Shown here in pieces: positions 11,026-19,420 of a stretch of 64,000 nucleotides of DNA. The notes below the pieces were generated by a model that was given only the letters and a program-made list of their open reading frames with translations, was not told the DNA's origin and did no database searches. Position 1 is the first letter of the stretch; each line of letters starts with the position of its first letter. Source of the DNA: an uncultured Methanoregulaceae archaeon (GTDB lineage Archaea > Halobacteriota > Methanomicrobia > Methanomicrobiales > Methanospirillaceae); assembly GCA_963717525.1 (NCBI GenBank), contig OY970343.1, forward strand, positions 1,824,001-1,888,000, read 5' to 3'. Position numbers and translations under genes: made by a program.

Positions 11026-11078
11026 GGAAGAAAGATAAAAGACCCGGAATAAACAAGAGAGCATATAGTGAAAAACCT

Positions 11079-11990
11079 ATGACTGTTTGTATTGCAGCAA
11101 TATGTGATTCGATATCTCCATCGCCAAAAATTGTATTTGCATCAGATCGATTAGTTTCTGCCGGTGTAAGTTTTGAAAGCGGGGTTTCAAAAAGTCAGTA
11201 TTTAACCCCCAATGCATGGATTATGTCATCTTCGAACGATGCATTGGCAAGTGATGGTATCATATTAAAAATTCAAAAAATACTTGCGGACTCACCAGAC
11301 GCAGGTAAACAAATCCCAATAGAACAAATCGCAAATATGATCTCCCAAGAATGTAAAAACAAAATACGTTTAGAGAGGGAAAACCAAGTATTTTCGCAAT
11401 TTGGAATAAACGAAAGTGATTTTGCCGAAAAATCAATTAAAATATCCACTTTGGTTGTTGCGGATATTTTAAATCGATTGCGCGAATTTAAATATCAATT
11501 TGAGGTTGAGTTTTTAGTTATCGGGTTTGATTTTATACCAGCAAAGAATCTATACATGCCTCATATTTATTCGATAAACGAACTTGGAGATATTCTCCCC
11601 ACGGATCATTTAGGATTTGCTACAAGCGGGAGTGGGAAGTATTTGGCGTTTCCAGAAATTACTAAGTATGCATATCAACCGAACACTCCACTAAGCGAAG
11701 CGGTTTTAAGAGTGTACTGGTCTAAAAAAATTGCCGAACGAGTTGGCGGGGTCGGGAAAGAGACAGATTTGTTAATACTTCATGCAATAAAGGATGGAGT
11801 TAAATTATGGATTGCCCCGCCAGAAACCAAAAAAATGTTGGATGATAAACTCGAAGCCGTTCGGAAAGATGAAATAAAAATCTCTCTTGAGGTTATAACA
11901 GAATTGAATAATACTGTTTTCAATCCGGTAAATCAGCAGAATATACAACAAGAGGTAAAAGAGACAAAGACGATTTCGGAAAAATCTTAA
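11079..11990 (+). CDS. Proteasome beta/Ntn-hydrolase-like protein (transposon passenger)
   Basis: M-T-VCIAA start, FASDR, downstream Lys, FATSGSG, GGVG; 303 aa from ATG 11079. Confidence 0.72.
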   Translation: MTVCIAAICDSISPSPKIVFASDRLVSAGVSFESGVSKSQYLTPNAWIMSSSNDALASDGIILKIQKILADSPDAGKQIPIEQIANMISQECKNKIRLERENQVFSQFGINESDFAEKSIKISTLVVADILNRLREFKYQFEVEFLVIGFDFIPAKNLYMPHIYSINELGDILPTDHLGFATSGSGKYLAFPEITKYAYQPNTPLSEAVLRVYWSKKIAERVGGVGKETDLLILHAIKDGVKLWIAPPETKKMLDDKLEAVRKDEIKISLEVITELNNTVFNPVNQQNIQQEVKETKTISEKS

Positions 11991-11993
11991 TTA

Positions 11994-12170
11994 TTATTCT
12001 TTTTTCATCTCAATTACTAATCTATCACCCTCTATTTTCCATTGGAACTTATCTCCGGGTTTAAGATTCATTTGATCCATAATAAACGCCGGTACTGTCG
12101 TCCTTAATGAACGCCTTTTCGATGTAGCAAGATTAAGAATTGATTCATCGGTTCTTGGATTTTTCGACAT
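11994..12170 (-). CDS. AbrB/MazE/SpoVT-family DNA-binding protein (58 aa, not in ORF track)
   Basis: Translated by hand: MSKNPRTDESILNLATSKRRSLRTTVPAFIMDQMNLKPGDKFQWKIEGDRLVIEMKKE; T-V-P...L-x-x-G-D swapped-hairpin signature. Confidence 0.82.
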   Translation of the reverse strand: MSKNPRTDESILNLATSKRRSLRTTVPAFIMDQMNLKPGDKFQWKIEGDRLVIEMKKE

Positions 12171-12283
12171 AGTTTACCCTTATGTTCACCCACATATTTA
12201 TTCTTTTGTATGCCAATTTGTTTACCCACAAATTATAAATACTTATAAGGAGATTATTATGTAGGTAAACAAGTAGGTGAACA
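12171..12283. promoter_or_regulatory. Divergent promoter with five 12-bp WGTTYACCYWYA repeats
   Basis: Copies at 12171, 12183 and 12219 (forward) and 12260 and 12272 (inverted) around TTATAAA at 12233-12239. Confidence 0.7.
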
Positions 12284-13473
12284 TGATGCAACAACTAACT
12301 AACCCAAGAGAATTAAGAGGCCTTGCGATTCTCTCGCAGCCGAACACGATCATCCAGACTGGCAAGAACGAGTGGGATGTCCGATCACAGAGCAAGGATG
12401 CATACTATCAAGTTACACGGAAGTTCCAGGATCGCCACGCCCAAATGCGCGGTCAGGCAATGTGGACATGCTCATGCCCCGATTTCCAGACGAGAAACAT
12501 GCCCTGTAAACACATTTTTTCTGTCCAATTCTCGTTAAAACTTGGCGGAGATGTGGAGAAAGAAAGCGCGGCACAACACATCGAAACGGCAGAGCCAAAG
12601 ATCCTTTGCCCCGCTTGCAAGAGTGAGAGTGTTGTAAAACGCGGCATCCGTAAAACACAGTTTGGAGAGGTTCAGAGATTCGGATGCACTGACTGCGGCC
12701 ATAGATTTGTTGTCGATAAGGGATTCTGCCGGATGAAGTTTAACCCAAAGATCGTCACGCAGACGCTTGATCTTTACTTCAAGGGGCTTTCACAGAGAAA
12801 GATCGCGGACCACTTAAAGCAGTTTGAAAGTGTTAGCGTAGCCCAACCCACGATCCTGAGCTGGATCAAGAAATACCTGAAACTTCTTGCAAAGTATTCC
12901 GAGAAATACAAAGCAGAAGTCGGCAAGATTTGGCACTCTGATGAAACGACGGTGTTCATCAAGAAAGAGGGGGAGAAAAAGTATTACCAATGGATCTGGA
13001 ATGTCATGGATGCAAAGACACGCTATCTCCTTGCCTGTCAGATTACCGAGACGCGATTTGTTAAGGATGCGCGCATCCCGCTAAAGAAGGCAAAAAGTGT
13101 CACCAATGTTAGACCAGACGCAATTGTTACCGACGGACTACAAGCATACAAGGAAGCCGTTAAAACCGAGTTCTTTGACCACGAGGCATTCATCCAGAAC
13201 CCCCATATTCGCCTGAAAGACTTTGAGACCAAACCTAACAACAATATCCTTGAACGGTTAAACGGAACATTCCGTGAGAGAACAAAAGTTGTACGGAGTT
13301 TTGACAGTGGACTTGGTGCAGCAGAATTTGCAGCGGGAATGCAGACGTATTATAATTATATCAGACCTCATCAAGGCATTGGTGGGATGGTGCCGGCTCA
13401 GATGGCAAACATCCCGATCAATCTGATGGGGAATAGATGGGAAACGATGATTGAGTTGGCAATTAGAACCTGA
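12283..13473 (+). CDS. IS6-family DDE transposase with N-terminal SWIM and Zn-ribbon domains
   Basis: CSC...CKH (SWIM); CPAC...CTDC; HTH GLSQRKIA; WHSDET, IVTDG, NNILERLN catalytic motifs. Confidence 0.92.
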   Translation: MMQQLTNPRELRGLAILSQPNTIIQTGKNEWDVRSQSKDAYYQVTRKFQDRHAQMRGQAMWTCSCPDFQTRNMPCKHIFSVQFSLKLGGDVEKESAAQHIETAEPKILCPACKSESVVKRGIRKTQFGEVQRFGCTDCGHRFVVDKGFCRMKFNPKIVTQTLDLYFKGLSQRKIADHLKQFESVSVAQPTILSWIKKYLKLLAKYSEKYKAEVGKIWHSDETTVFIKKEGEKKYYQWIWNVMDAKTRYLLACQITETRFVKDARIPLKKAKSVTNVRPDAIVTDGLQAYKEAVKTEFFDHEAFIQNPHIRLKDFETKPNNNILERLNGTFRERTKVVRSFDSGLGAAEFAAGMQTYYNYIRPHQGIGGMVPAQMANIPINLMGNRWETMIELAIRT

Positions 13474-13646
13474 TCCTCAGATACAATACTATTTTAAATA
13501 GATTTGTGACCCTATTATAAACTCCAAAAATTGTTATTTACCAAAAAGTTAATGAAGTCACAGGGGCACACTCAGTACATTATTGTTAAGCCAAATGGCT
13601 ATTGCACAAATTACCTAGACTGTGACAGGGGGCGTTATAAAAAATT

Positions 13647-13793
13647 ATGATGAGGAAAGGGGAACCATTAGGGATGCTAAATTGGAAAACTGATAAAATC
13701 CATCTTATGACCTCAACAGATAAAAAAACATTCGACGAATTTCGGAAGAAAATTGAAGGGGAACCCCACATTCCAGAATTTTTAATAAAATAA
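13647..13793 (+). CDS. Possible small protein (48 aa) inside the transposon
   Basis: MMRKGEPLGMLNWKTDKIHLMTSTDKKTFDEFRKKIEGEPHIPEFLIK*; stop abuts the convergent gene; no recognisable motif. Confidence 0.3.
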   Translation: MMRKGEPLGMLNWKTDKIHLMTSTDKKTFDEFRKKIEGEPHIPEFLIK

Positions 13794-13794
13794 A

Positions 13795-14748
13795 CTAAAA
13801 CACTCCTTTTAACAAAAGAATTTGTAATATTGCAACGAGTGAAATGGTATAACTTATAATAAATAGTTGCCTATGCGGAATTTCATATTCGTCTCTTAAT
13901 AATGAGTAATAAAAATAAGCAAACCCCATTAAAACTATTAAAAATTCAACCCCAAAAGTACAATCAAAAGCAAGAGTATCTTGACCTAAAAAAGATAACA
14001 ATCCATTATGCAAAATAAAAAGTGAAAATATGAGAAATATCAGGGGGATTAAGGAAATTGCTGCAATTGCGGGAGTAACTTCTGCGTAATAAGTAAACCA
14101 CATTTTGGGGTCTTTCAAAGAATCCCAAGTTTGGGTTAAATAATCAAAATCTTTAGAATCAATCAAAAAATTATATGTTAATCTTCCTTCATTTCCTTTT
14201 ACAAATGGTTTCCCGCAATCGATTTGCTTAACAATTTCTTTATTGTCGATTAAGTACGAACCATACCCCATTTCGTATAATTTCCTTTGTTCTGGAAAAT
14301 AGAACGGGGTCTCCAACGCATTGTCCCAACACAATTTCCATCCTTTGGGGAAAGTGAGATAAAATTCCGGTTGAAGTTTACCCCCAATTTCTATAATTGA
14401 AGTTTTTTTAGGAATAAAAAAATCAGATAACTTGTCGATAGGATCTCCATTCTCGATAGCCGGATCAATCAAAGTGTACTCAACGCTTATTTTGACATGC
14501 TTGAACGAGGTTGTATTGGGAGCATCTGGGAAATCATCTAATGGATCTAAATTTAACAAAATATCAAAATAGTTCCCGTTTGTGTATTCTAAAAACCCAA
14601 TCTCTTTAGGCGTTCCGTTCCTCGTAATGACTTTTAATCCAATAAAATTTAAATTTTTTAATCCTGCGAGCATTGTAGGGTCATTTGCGTAAATATCCAT
14701 TACCTGTCGAATTTTTCTCAGCTGCGGTGGGGAAATATACCTCTTCAA
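13795..14748 (-). CDS. Hypothetical protein with ~3 C-terminal TM helices (transposon passenger)
   Basis: 317-aa ORF in AT-rich DNA; GGTGG RBS before TTG; hydrophobic C-terminus. Confidence 0.75.
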   Translation of the reverse strand: MKRYISPPQLRKIRQVMDIYANDPTMLAGLKNLNFIGLKVITRNGTPKEIGFLEYTNGNYFDILLNLDPLDDFPDAPNTTSFKHVKISVEYTLIDPAIENGDPIDKLSDFFIPKKTSIIEIGGKLQPEFYLTFPKGWKLCWDNALETPFYFPEQRKLYEMGYGSYLIDNKEIVKQIDCGKPFVKGNEGRLTYNFLIDSKDFDYLTQTWDSLKDPKMWFTYYAEVTPAIAAISLIPLIFLIFSLFILHNGLLSFLGQDTLAFDCTFGVEFLIVLMGFAYFYYSLLRDEYEIPHRQLFIISYTISLVAILQILLLKGVF

Positions 14749-14860
14749 TATGCCACCAAGTTTGTTGTATCTCTATAGACACAATAACTTAGACGATAAT
14801 GTTTATCATAAGAGTTTCGTTTTTATTATAATCCCAATATGTGCAAATCCCAGTCTCTCT

Positions 14861-14880
14861 AAAAAGTCCCGCGATCTATC
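14861..14880. repeat. Right subterminal 20-bp inverted repeat of the transposon
   Basis: AAAAAGTCCCGCGATCTATC; partner of 11006-11025. Confidence 0.92.
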
Positions 14881-14999
14881 ACCTCTTTCCAAAAGTCCCG
14901 AAGTCCCTTAAACCTATCAGAACCTCTTAAAAGGTTCTGTTGCGTTGTCGGGAGATCCGTGCTTTTGGATCTCGCTGGTGCGTTGCGGGAGATGAGAGA

Positions 15000-15320
15000 T
15001 CAAGAGATCGAGATACCAACCGCTCCCATCAGCAATCCCAATCCCAGAACAACCAATGCAACAAGTAACAACCCCAGCAACGGGTTTATCTGCATAAGGT
15101 ACTCCATACCCCACACCATAGTAAGAAGCGGTATGATGAAGAGCAAAAGTCCCGCTATGACGAGTTTTATGATTAAGGGCTTTGTGCTCTCTTTTTTTTC
15201 AGGCGATATAACCGGGGGCTTTTCTTTGACAGGTTTGGGGGCCGGGTTTAAGAGGGCTCCGCATCTTCCGCAAAATTTGTTTGGATCCGGGTTACTATAT
15301 CCACATTTTGGACAGAGCAT
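15000..15320 (-). CDS. Zinc-ribbon membrane protein
   Basis: CPKCG...FCGRCG followed by two TM segments. Confidence 0.75.
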   Translation of the reverse strand: MLCPKCGYSNPDPNKFCGRCGALLNPAPKPVKEKPPVISPEKKESTKPLIIKLVIAGLLLFIIPLLTMVWGMEYLMQINPLLGLLLVALVVLGLGLLMGAVGISIS

Positions 15321-15448
15321 AAATGATTTCTCTCTCGATCCTTTAGGTAATATAGATTTTGATTCAGGGTTCTGACAGGTTCGCGGTTGGTAAAGAGCGT
15401 AGCATATTTCACGCTTTGCTTACCAAATCCGGAACAAACCTCTAAAAA

Positions 15449-16373
15449 TCAGTCGCCCAGCATGTCGAGGAGTTCAAAGCCGTCCGCGATATGGTGGAAG
15501 CGATCCTCACCGATCACAAGCGTCCGCCCGATCTTTTTTTCGTGATGGTAATCAGTGATGATGCACATCGCATGCTTCTTTGCGATCTTCGAGAGATTGC
15601 TGATAAGGGCGGCACGCTTGACCACCTTCTGCGCCGGGCCGTAACCAGTGAGGATCGTGTGCTTGTCAAACGTGAGAAGGGCTTGGAACGGTGCGCCCCG
15701 GAGTGTCTGGAGCTGTATCCCGAGCTGCTCAAAAAAATCGATGGGGATGCCCGGACCCTGCCTTTTCTTTGGTTCCTCCTGCCCGGATTCTGCAGGTTTG
15801 CGACGGACAATATCGATGGACTCAACCACTCCCGTATTGAAGTACTCCTCGATACGGATCGCGACATCGAGCGTCAGTACCCATGCCGCTTTCGTATTTG
15901 CTGATCGTGCGCCGGGAGACCCCGAGCACCTGCCCCATGTCACCAAGCGACATGCTCCGCCGTTCGCGGAGCTCCCGGAGGGCGTTGCCATTGATGTTCA
16001 CGTACAGTCCGCCGGGAGAGGCGTACACGAGCGGTGGGATCTTCTCCACAAAGTAATCGTACAGCGTTGCGATGCTGATCGCGTAGATGCCATACCGGAC
16101 ATAGACCGCCCCCCGCTCGAGCTCGGCCTCGCGGGCACGTTCGCCCACGATGAGGGGCACACCACCCAGGTGCTGGGAGATCACGTCAAGATCGAACGCC
16201 GCTTCCTCGCTCACCGAATCGATGTGCGTAACGACTTTGATAACAAGCAGCGTCCCGTTATTGCGTGCGATGAGGTCGAAACTCCTCGGGCGGAGGGTAA
16301 ACTTCTCGGATACCTCAAATCCCGCCGATATCATCACGCTGGTGACCAGCTGGAGCTGGCGATCCTGGGACAT
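15449..16373 (-). CDS. Archaeal Cro/C1-HTH transcriptional regulator (COG1395-like), apparent +1 frameshift at ~15876
   Basis: RPRSFDLIAR, PPLVYASPGGLYV and HTH VSRRTISKYESG continue as TLDVAIRIEEYF in the next frame; span is 3n+1. Confidence 0.82.
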
Positions 16374-16416
16374 GCAGTTACAAATGGATAGAGCGTGCCC
16401 ATATATTAATATAGAC

Positions 16417-17698
16417 ATGCTGATCGGTATTGATGACACGGATTCACCGGCGGGGATGTGTACCACCTATCTCGGCGCGGTGCTCGCCCGGAGGCTGATC
16501 CATGAGCATATGCGGGTCCGCGAGGCCCGCCTCGTCCGGCTCAACCCGAACGTGACGTTCAAGACCCGGGGGAACGCAGCGATTGCTCTCGATGTTGAGG
16601 GAGACCCGGACCGGGCATTCTCGCTTGCGTGCGCCATCGTGGAGGAGCTTGCCGATTTCTCCTGCGAGAAGACCAATCCCGGGGTCGTGGTTGCAGAAAC
16701 GCGTCCCGACCCGGCCTTTTACCGTAAGGCGGTGACGGACTTCTGCGAGATCGAAGAGGCCGTGAATCTCCTTGAGGCGGCGGGCGCCCGGTACCGGGGC
16801 TGGAAGAACCGGCGTGGGCTTATTGGCGCAACCGCGGCTGTTTCAGGCATCTTTCCCGATACAACGTACGAGATTCTCGCGTACCGCGATCCTTCGAGAT
16901 GGGGTACACCCCGGGAGGTGGACAGGGAGAGCCTCTTTGCCGCGGAGGAGGCGACATTCCCACACACGTGGGACACGGTGGATCCTGTAAACCGGGTCGT
17001 GGTCTGCGTACCGCATACTCCGGACCCGGTCCTCTTTGGGATCCGGGGCGAGAGCCCGGCCTGGGTGATGATGGCCCGGTCGCTCATCCAGTCAGAAAAA
17101 CCGGCTGTTGAACAGATCTGGGTGACCAACCAGGGGACCGATGCCCACCTCCTTGCCGGGACGTGCAGCTCCCTGCGCGAAGGGCTCTCGTACCGGGTAC
17201 GTGGCACGGTAACCGGCCGCCCGGAAACCGGACCCGGGGGCCACGTCTCCTTTTCGATCCGGGACAGCGGTGCGGAAGTCCGCTGCATGGCATACGAACC
17301 CACGAAGAACTTCCGGGAGATCATAAGGGCGCTCGTGCCGGGCGATACGATCATTGCAGTCGGGAGTTACAAAAAAGGAAGTATTAACTTAGAGAAGATC
17401 TGCCTTGTCGTTCCGGCCCGGGACATCCGGACTCAGCCCCCGCTCTGCACTGCATGCAACAAACGCATGACGAGCGCCGGCAAAGACAAAGGTTACAAGT
17501 GCCGTAAATGCGGGGCGCACGAAAAAGATCCCGAGGTACAGGAAAGCCCCCGGACGCTCAGTGCCCGGGTGGTACGAAGTGCCGCCGACCGCCCGCAGAC
17601 ATCTCGCAAAACCGCTGTGCCGGGGGGTACCGGAACACCCCTTACCGGGAAGGGTACTGGAAGAATGCCGCCTTCAGGATGGTAATACCCCTCCGTAA
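16417..17698 (+). CDS. tiaS: tRNA(Ile2) agmatinylcytidine synthetase, apparent +1 frameshift near the C-terminus
   Basis: IGIDDTDS..GMCTT, KTRGN, TNQGTD, Zn ribbon; the conserved GWYEVPPTARRHLAKPL tail is in the next frame, ending TAA 17698. Confidence 0.9.
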
Positions 17699-17964
17699 GG
17701 AAGAGGGGGAGGGGAACTGAAGTCAAATAAGCCCGATACGGGCTCCGTTTGCCAAACGGACGATCCTCATTTCCGGCTGGAGTGGAAATGGTGTCCACAC
17801 CTGTACAAAATCCTGATTAAACAAGCGCTTTTTTAAAAAAGGAACACATTTGCGGTTTTTCAACCTGCAATACAGAAGCGTTTTAGCGGCCCTGTTTTCC
17901 GGGATATTCTTCAGGTCATTTTCCGGGAAAATGGCCGTCCGGAGGGCCTTTTCGGGTATCTTTT

Positions 17965-18068
17965 TTACGAGGGGGATTTTATCGTCGTAAGGGCTTCTTC
18001 CACGACGGCGATCTCATCGACGGTCAAACCATAGATCCCGTACGCGAGCGAATCGATCTGCTTGTCGG
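17965..18068 (-). pseudogene. Orphan 3'-end remnant of a type IIG R-M gene
   Basis: Encodes DKQIDSLAYGIYGLTVDEIAVVEEALTTIKSPS*; 17995-18068 matches 19433-19506 at 63/74 nt. Confidence 0.88.
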
Positions 18069-18087
18069 GTCCTATCCGCAAAAACAA

Positions 18088-18852
18088 TTATGCTACCAGT
18101 TCGGCAACATATTTTTCCCGCTTACTCCACATAAGCGGGAAAACACCATAATTTTCCAGAGCAGTAGGTACTTCTTCCGGGATCCGGCGCTCCTTATCAT
18201 TAAGAATTGCGTATGCTTTCGAATCCGGAGCACGGACATCTTTGGTATCAATCCATGAAAATGATAACATTTCAGCCTGTGCCCGGTTGGGATTGTTGAT
18301 GGTCTGGAGAATTCTTTCAGGCTCCTGCCGGGATTTCGGGATGACAAAATCAAAAAGATGATCATAACCGGATTTACCGGTGAATTTTATTTTCGGAGTG
18401 TACCTTATTTCCGTCTCATCGAGCCAGGCGACAACATCTTCAAAGAATAAACTGGCGACAACAGGTTCTGAGAGATAGAACAGGTCGTTGACTGCGAGCA
18501 TAGCCTGTAAGAGATTGTGCTTTTTCTGCGGGAACGACTTGTCGGTTGTTTTGATGGTCAGGACCCCCCGGTCGTTCTGGACGCCAAAACCTTTGAGTGT
18601 CGTGGACAAAAGCGCCAGACGTTTATCGGTGTCGATCCTGCATCCTGACATCTTCAGATCTTCTAAAATATACCCGTCATCCGTAAGGACATAGCCGCCA
18701 TTACTTTTTTTGACGTAGATCTGCAGGAAATCGTTATGCCGGTCAAGGAACGGCGTTGTTATCTCCACCCATTCGTCAACCTGGCGCAGGCTGATCGATT
18801 CATTGAGCCAGTGGAGATAATCCTGCAACAGCCGCTCGACGTCAGTGATCAT
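18088..18852 (-). CDS. DUF1828/DUF1829-like protein (possible PD-(D/E)XK fold)
   Basis: ITTPFLDRHND, LTDDG and GKSG..H.FDF motifs. Confidence 0.8.
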   Translation of the reverse strand: MITDVERLLQDYLHWLNESISLRQVDEWVEITTPFLDRHNDFLQIYVKKSNGGYVLTDDGYILEDLKMSGCRIDTDKRLALLSTTLKGFGVQNDRGVLTIKTTDKSFPQKKHNLLQAMLAVNDLFYLSEPVVASLFFEDVVAWLDETEIRYTPKIKFTGKSGYDHLFDFVIPKSRQEPERILQTINNPNRAQAEMLSFSWIDTKDVRAPDSKAYAILNDKERRIPEEVPTALENYGVFPLMWSKREKYVAELVA

Positions 18853-19298
18853 TATTCAATTCCTGCAATAATGTTTGGCTCTTTTACAATATTACAATAC
18901 GTCATGAAGTCTTTCAATGTCTGCCACAAATCCGTAAGATCTGAAAACGAATCGGATGCTACAGGATATGCCCATTTGTCTGCATATCCTTCCCGATAGA
19001 GATGAATGTGTGGCCCGCTGATGAATTCATCATCAGGATTTTTGTGGGGTTTGCCGGTAAGATCCAGCCTGACCAGAATTATCATCTGGTGCGCCCGATT
19101 CTGATAGGTTATTTTATTCAGTTCCAGCCTGCTTCTCCATAAATCCAGCACAAAATTATTTCGTTTGTCTTCTGACAGCAACGGGATATTTATAGATGTG
19201 CCGCGACCGGGGAAGTGCCATGTGTCGTCATTGAGCCGGTATTTCGGCATCTGGATCAACGCGTCGGCTTCTTCCTGAGAAATTTCAATGTCAACCAT
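18852..19298 (-). CDS. DUF6978-like protein
   Basis: LVRLD...PHKNPD....GPHIHLYREGY...WAYP; stop overlaps the start of the DUF1828 gene. Confidence 0.75.
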   Translation of the reverse strand: MVDIEISQEEADALIQMPKYRLNDDTWHFPGRGTSINIPLLSEDKRNNFVLDLWRSRLELNKITYQNRAHQMIILVRLDLTGKPHKNPDDEFISGPHIHLYREGYADKWAYPVASDSFSDLTDLWQTLKDFMTYCNIVKEPNIIAGIE

Positions 19299-19420
19299 GG
19301 CCCTGCCCGGTATTGTTACTTTATCTGATATGAATTATATTTGTTCCTTTCATCGTGAAGGGGGCAATGAGCAATCGCATTTTAGTAAATATAATAAAGT
19401 CGCCATGGGGGGTGAATGTG

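Larger units (their letters stand above)
10962..14924. mobile_element. IS6-family transposon with passenger genes (3,963 bp)
   Basis: TIRs GGTTCTGATAGGATGAAGGGACTT (10962-10985) and AAGTCCCTTAAACCTATCAGAACC (14901-14924), 22/24 match; flanking 8-bp direct repeat TCTTAAAA (10954-10961, 14925-14932); internal DDE transposase; AT-rich. Confidence 0.93.

Noticed and set aside
10875..11078. N-terminal 68 aa of the 371-aa ORF in the track
   Set aside because: It runs through the thsA start, its promoter and the transposon TIR. ATG 11079 gives the Thr1 N-terminus expected for the fold.
11994..12170. AbrB-like gene as antitoxin of a TA pair
   Set aside because: No co-oriented toxin gene follows; it converges on the protease-like gene.
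12171..12283. Short repeats as a mini-CRISPR array
   Set aside because: The units are 12 bp, in both orientations, with no spacers and no cas genes. No CRISPR array was seen anywhere in the window.
10953..14939. 16-bp direct repeat CTCTTAAAAGGTTCTG as integrase attL/attR
   Set aside because: No integrase is present. It is explained by the 8-bp TSD plus TIR-like host sequence.
17730..17801. tRNA gene as integration site of the R-M island
   Set aside because: No acceptor stem or T-loop (GTTCRA) consensus.
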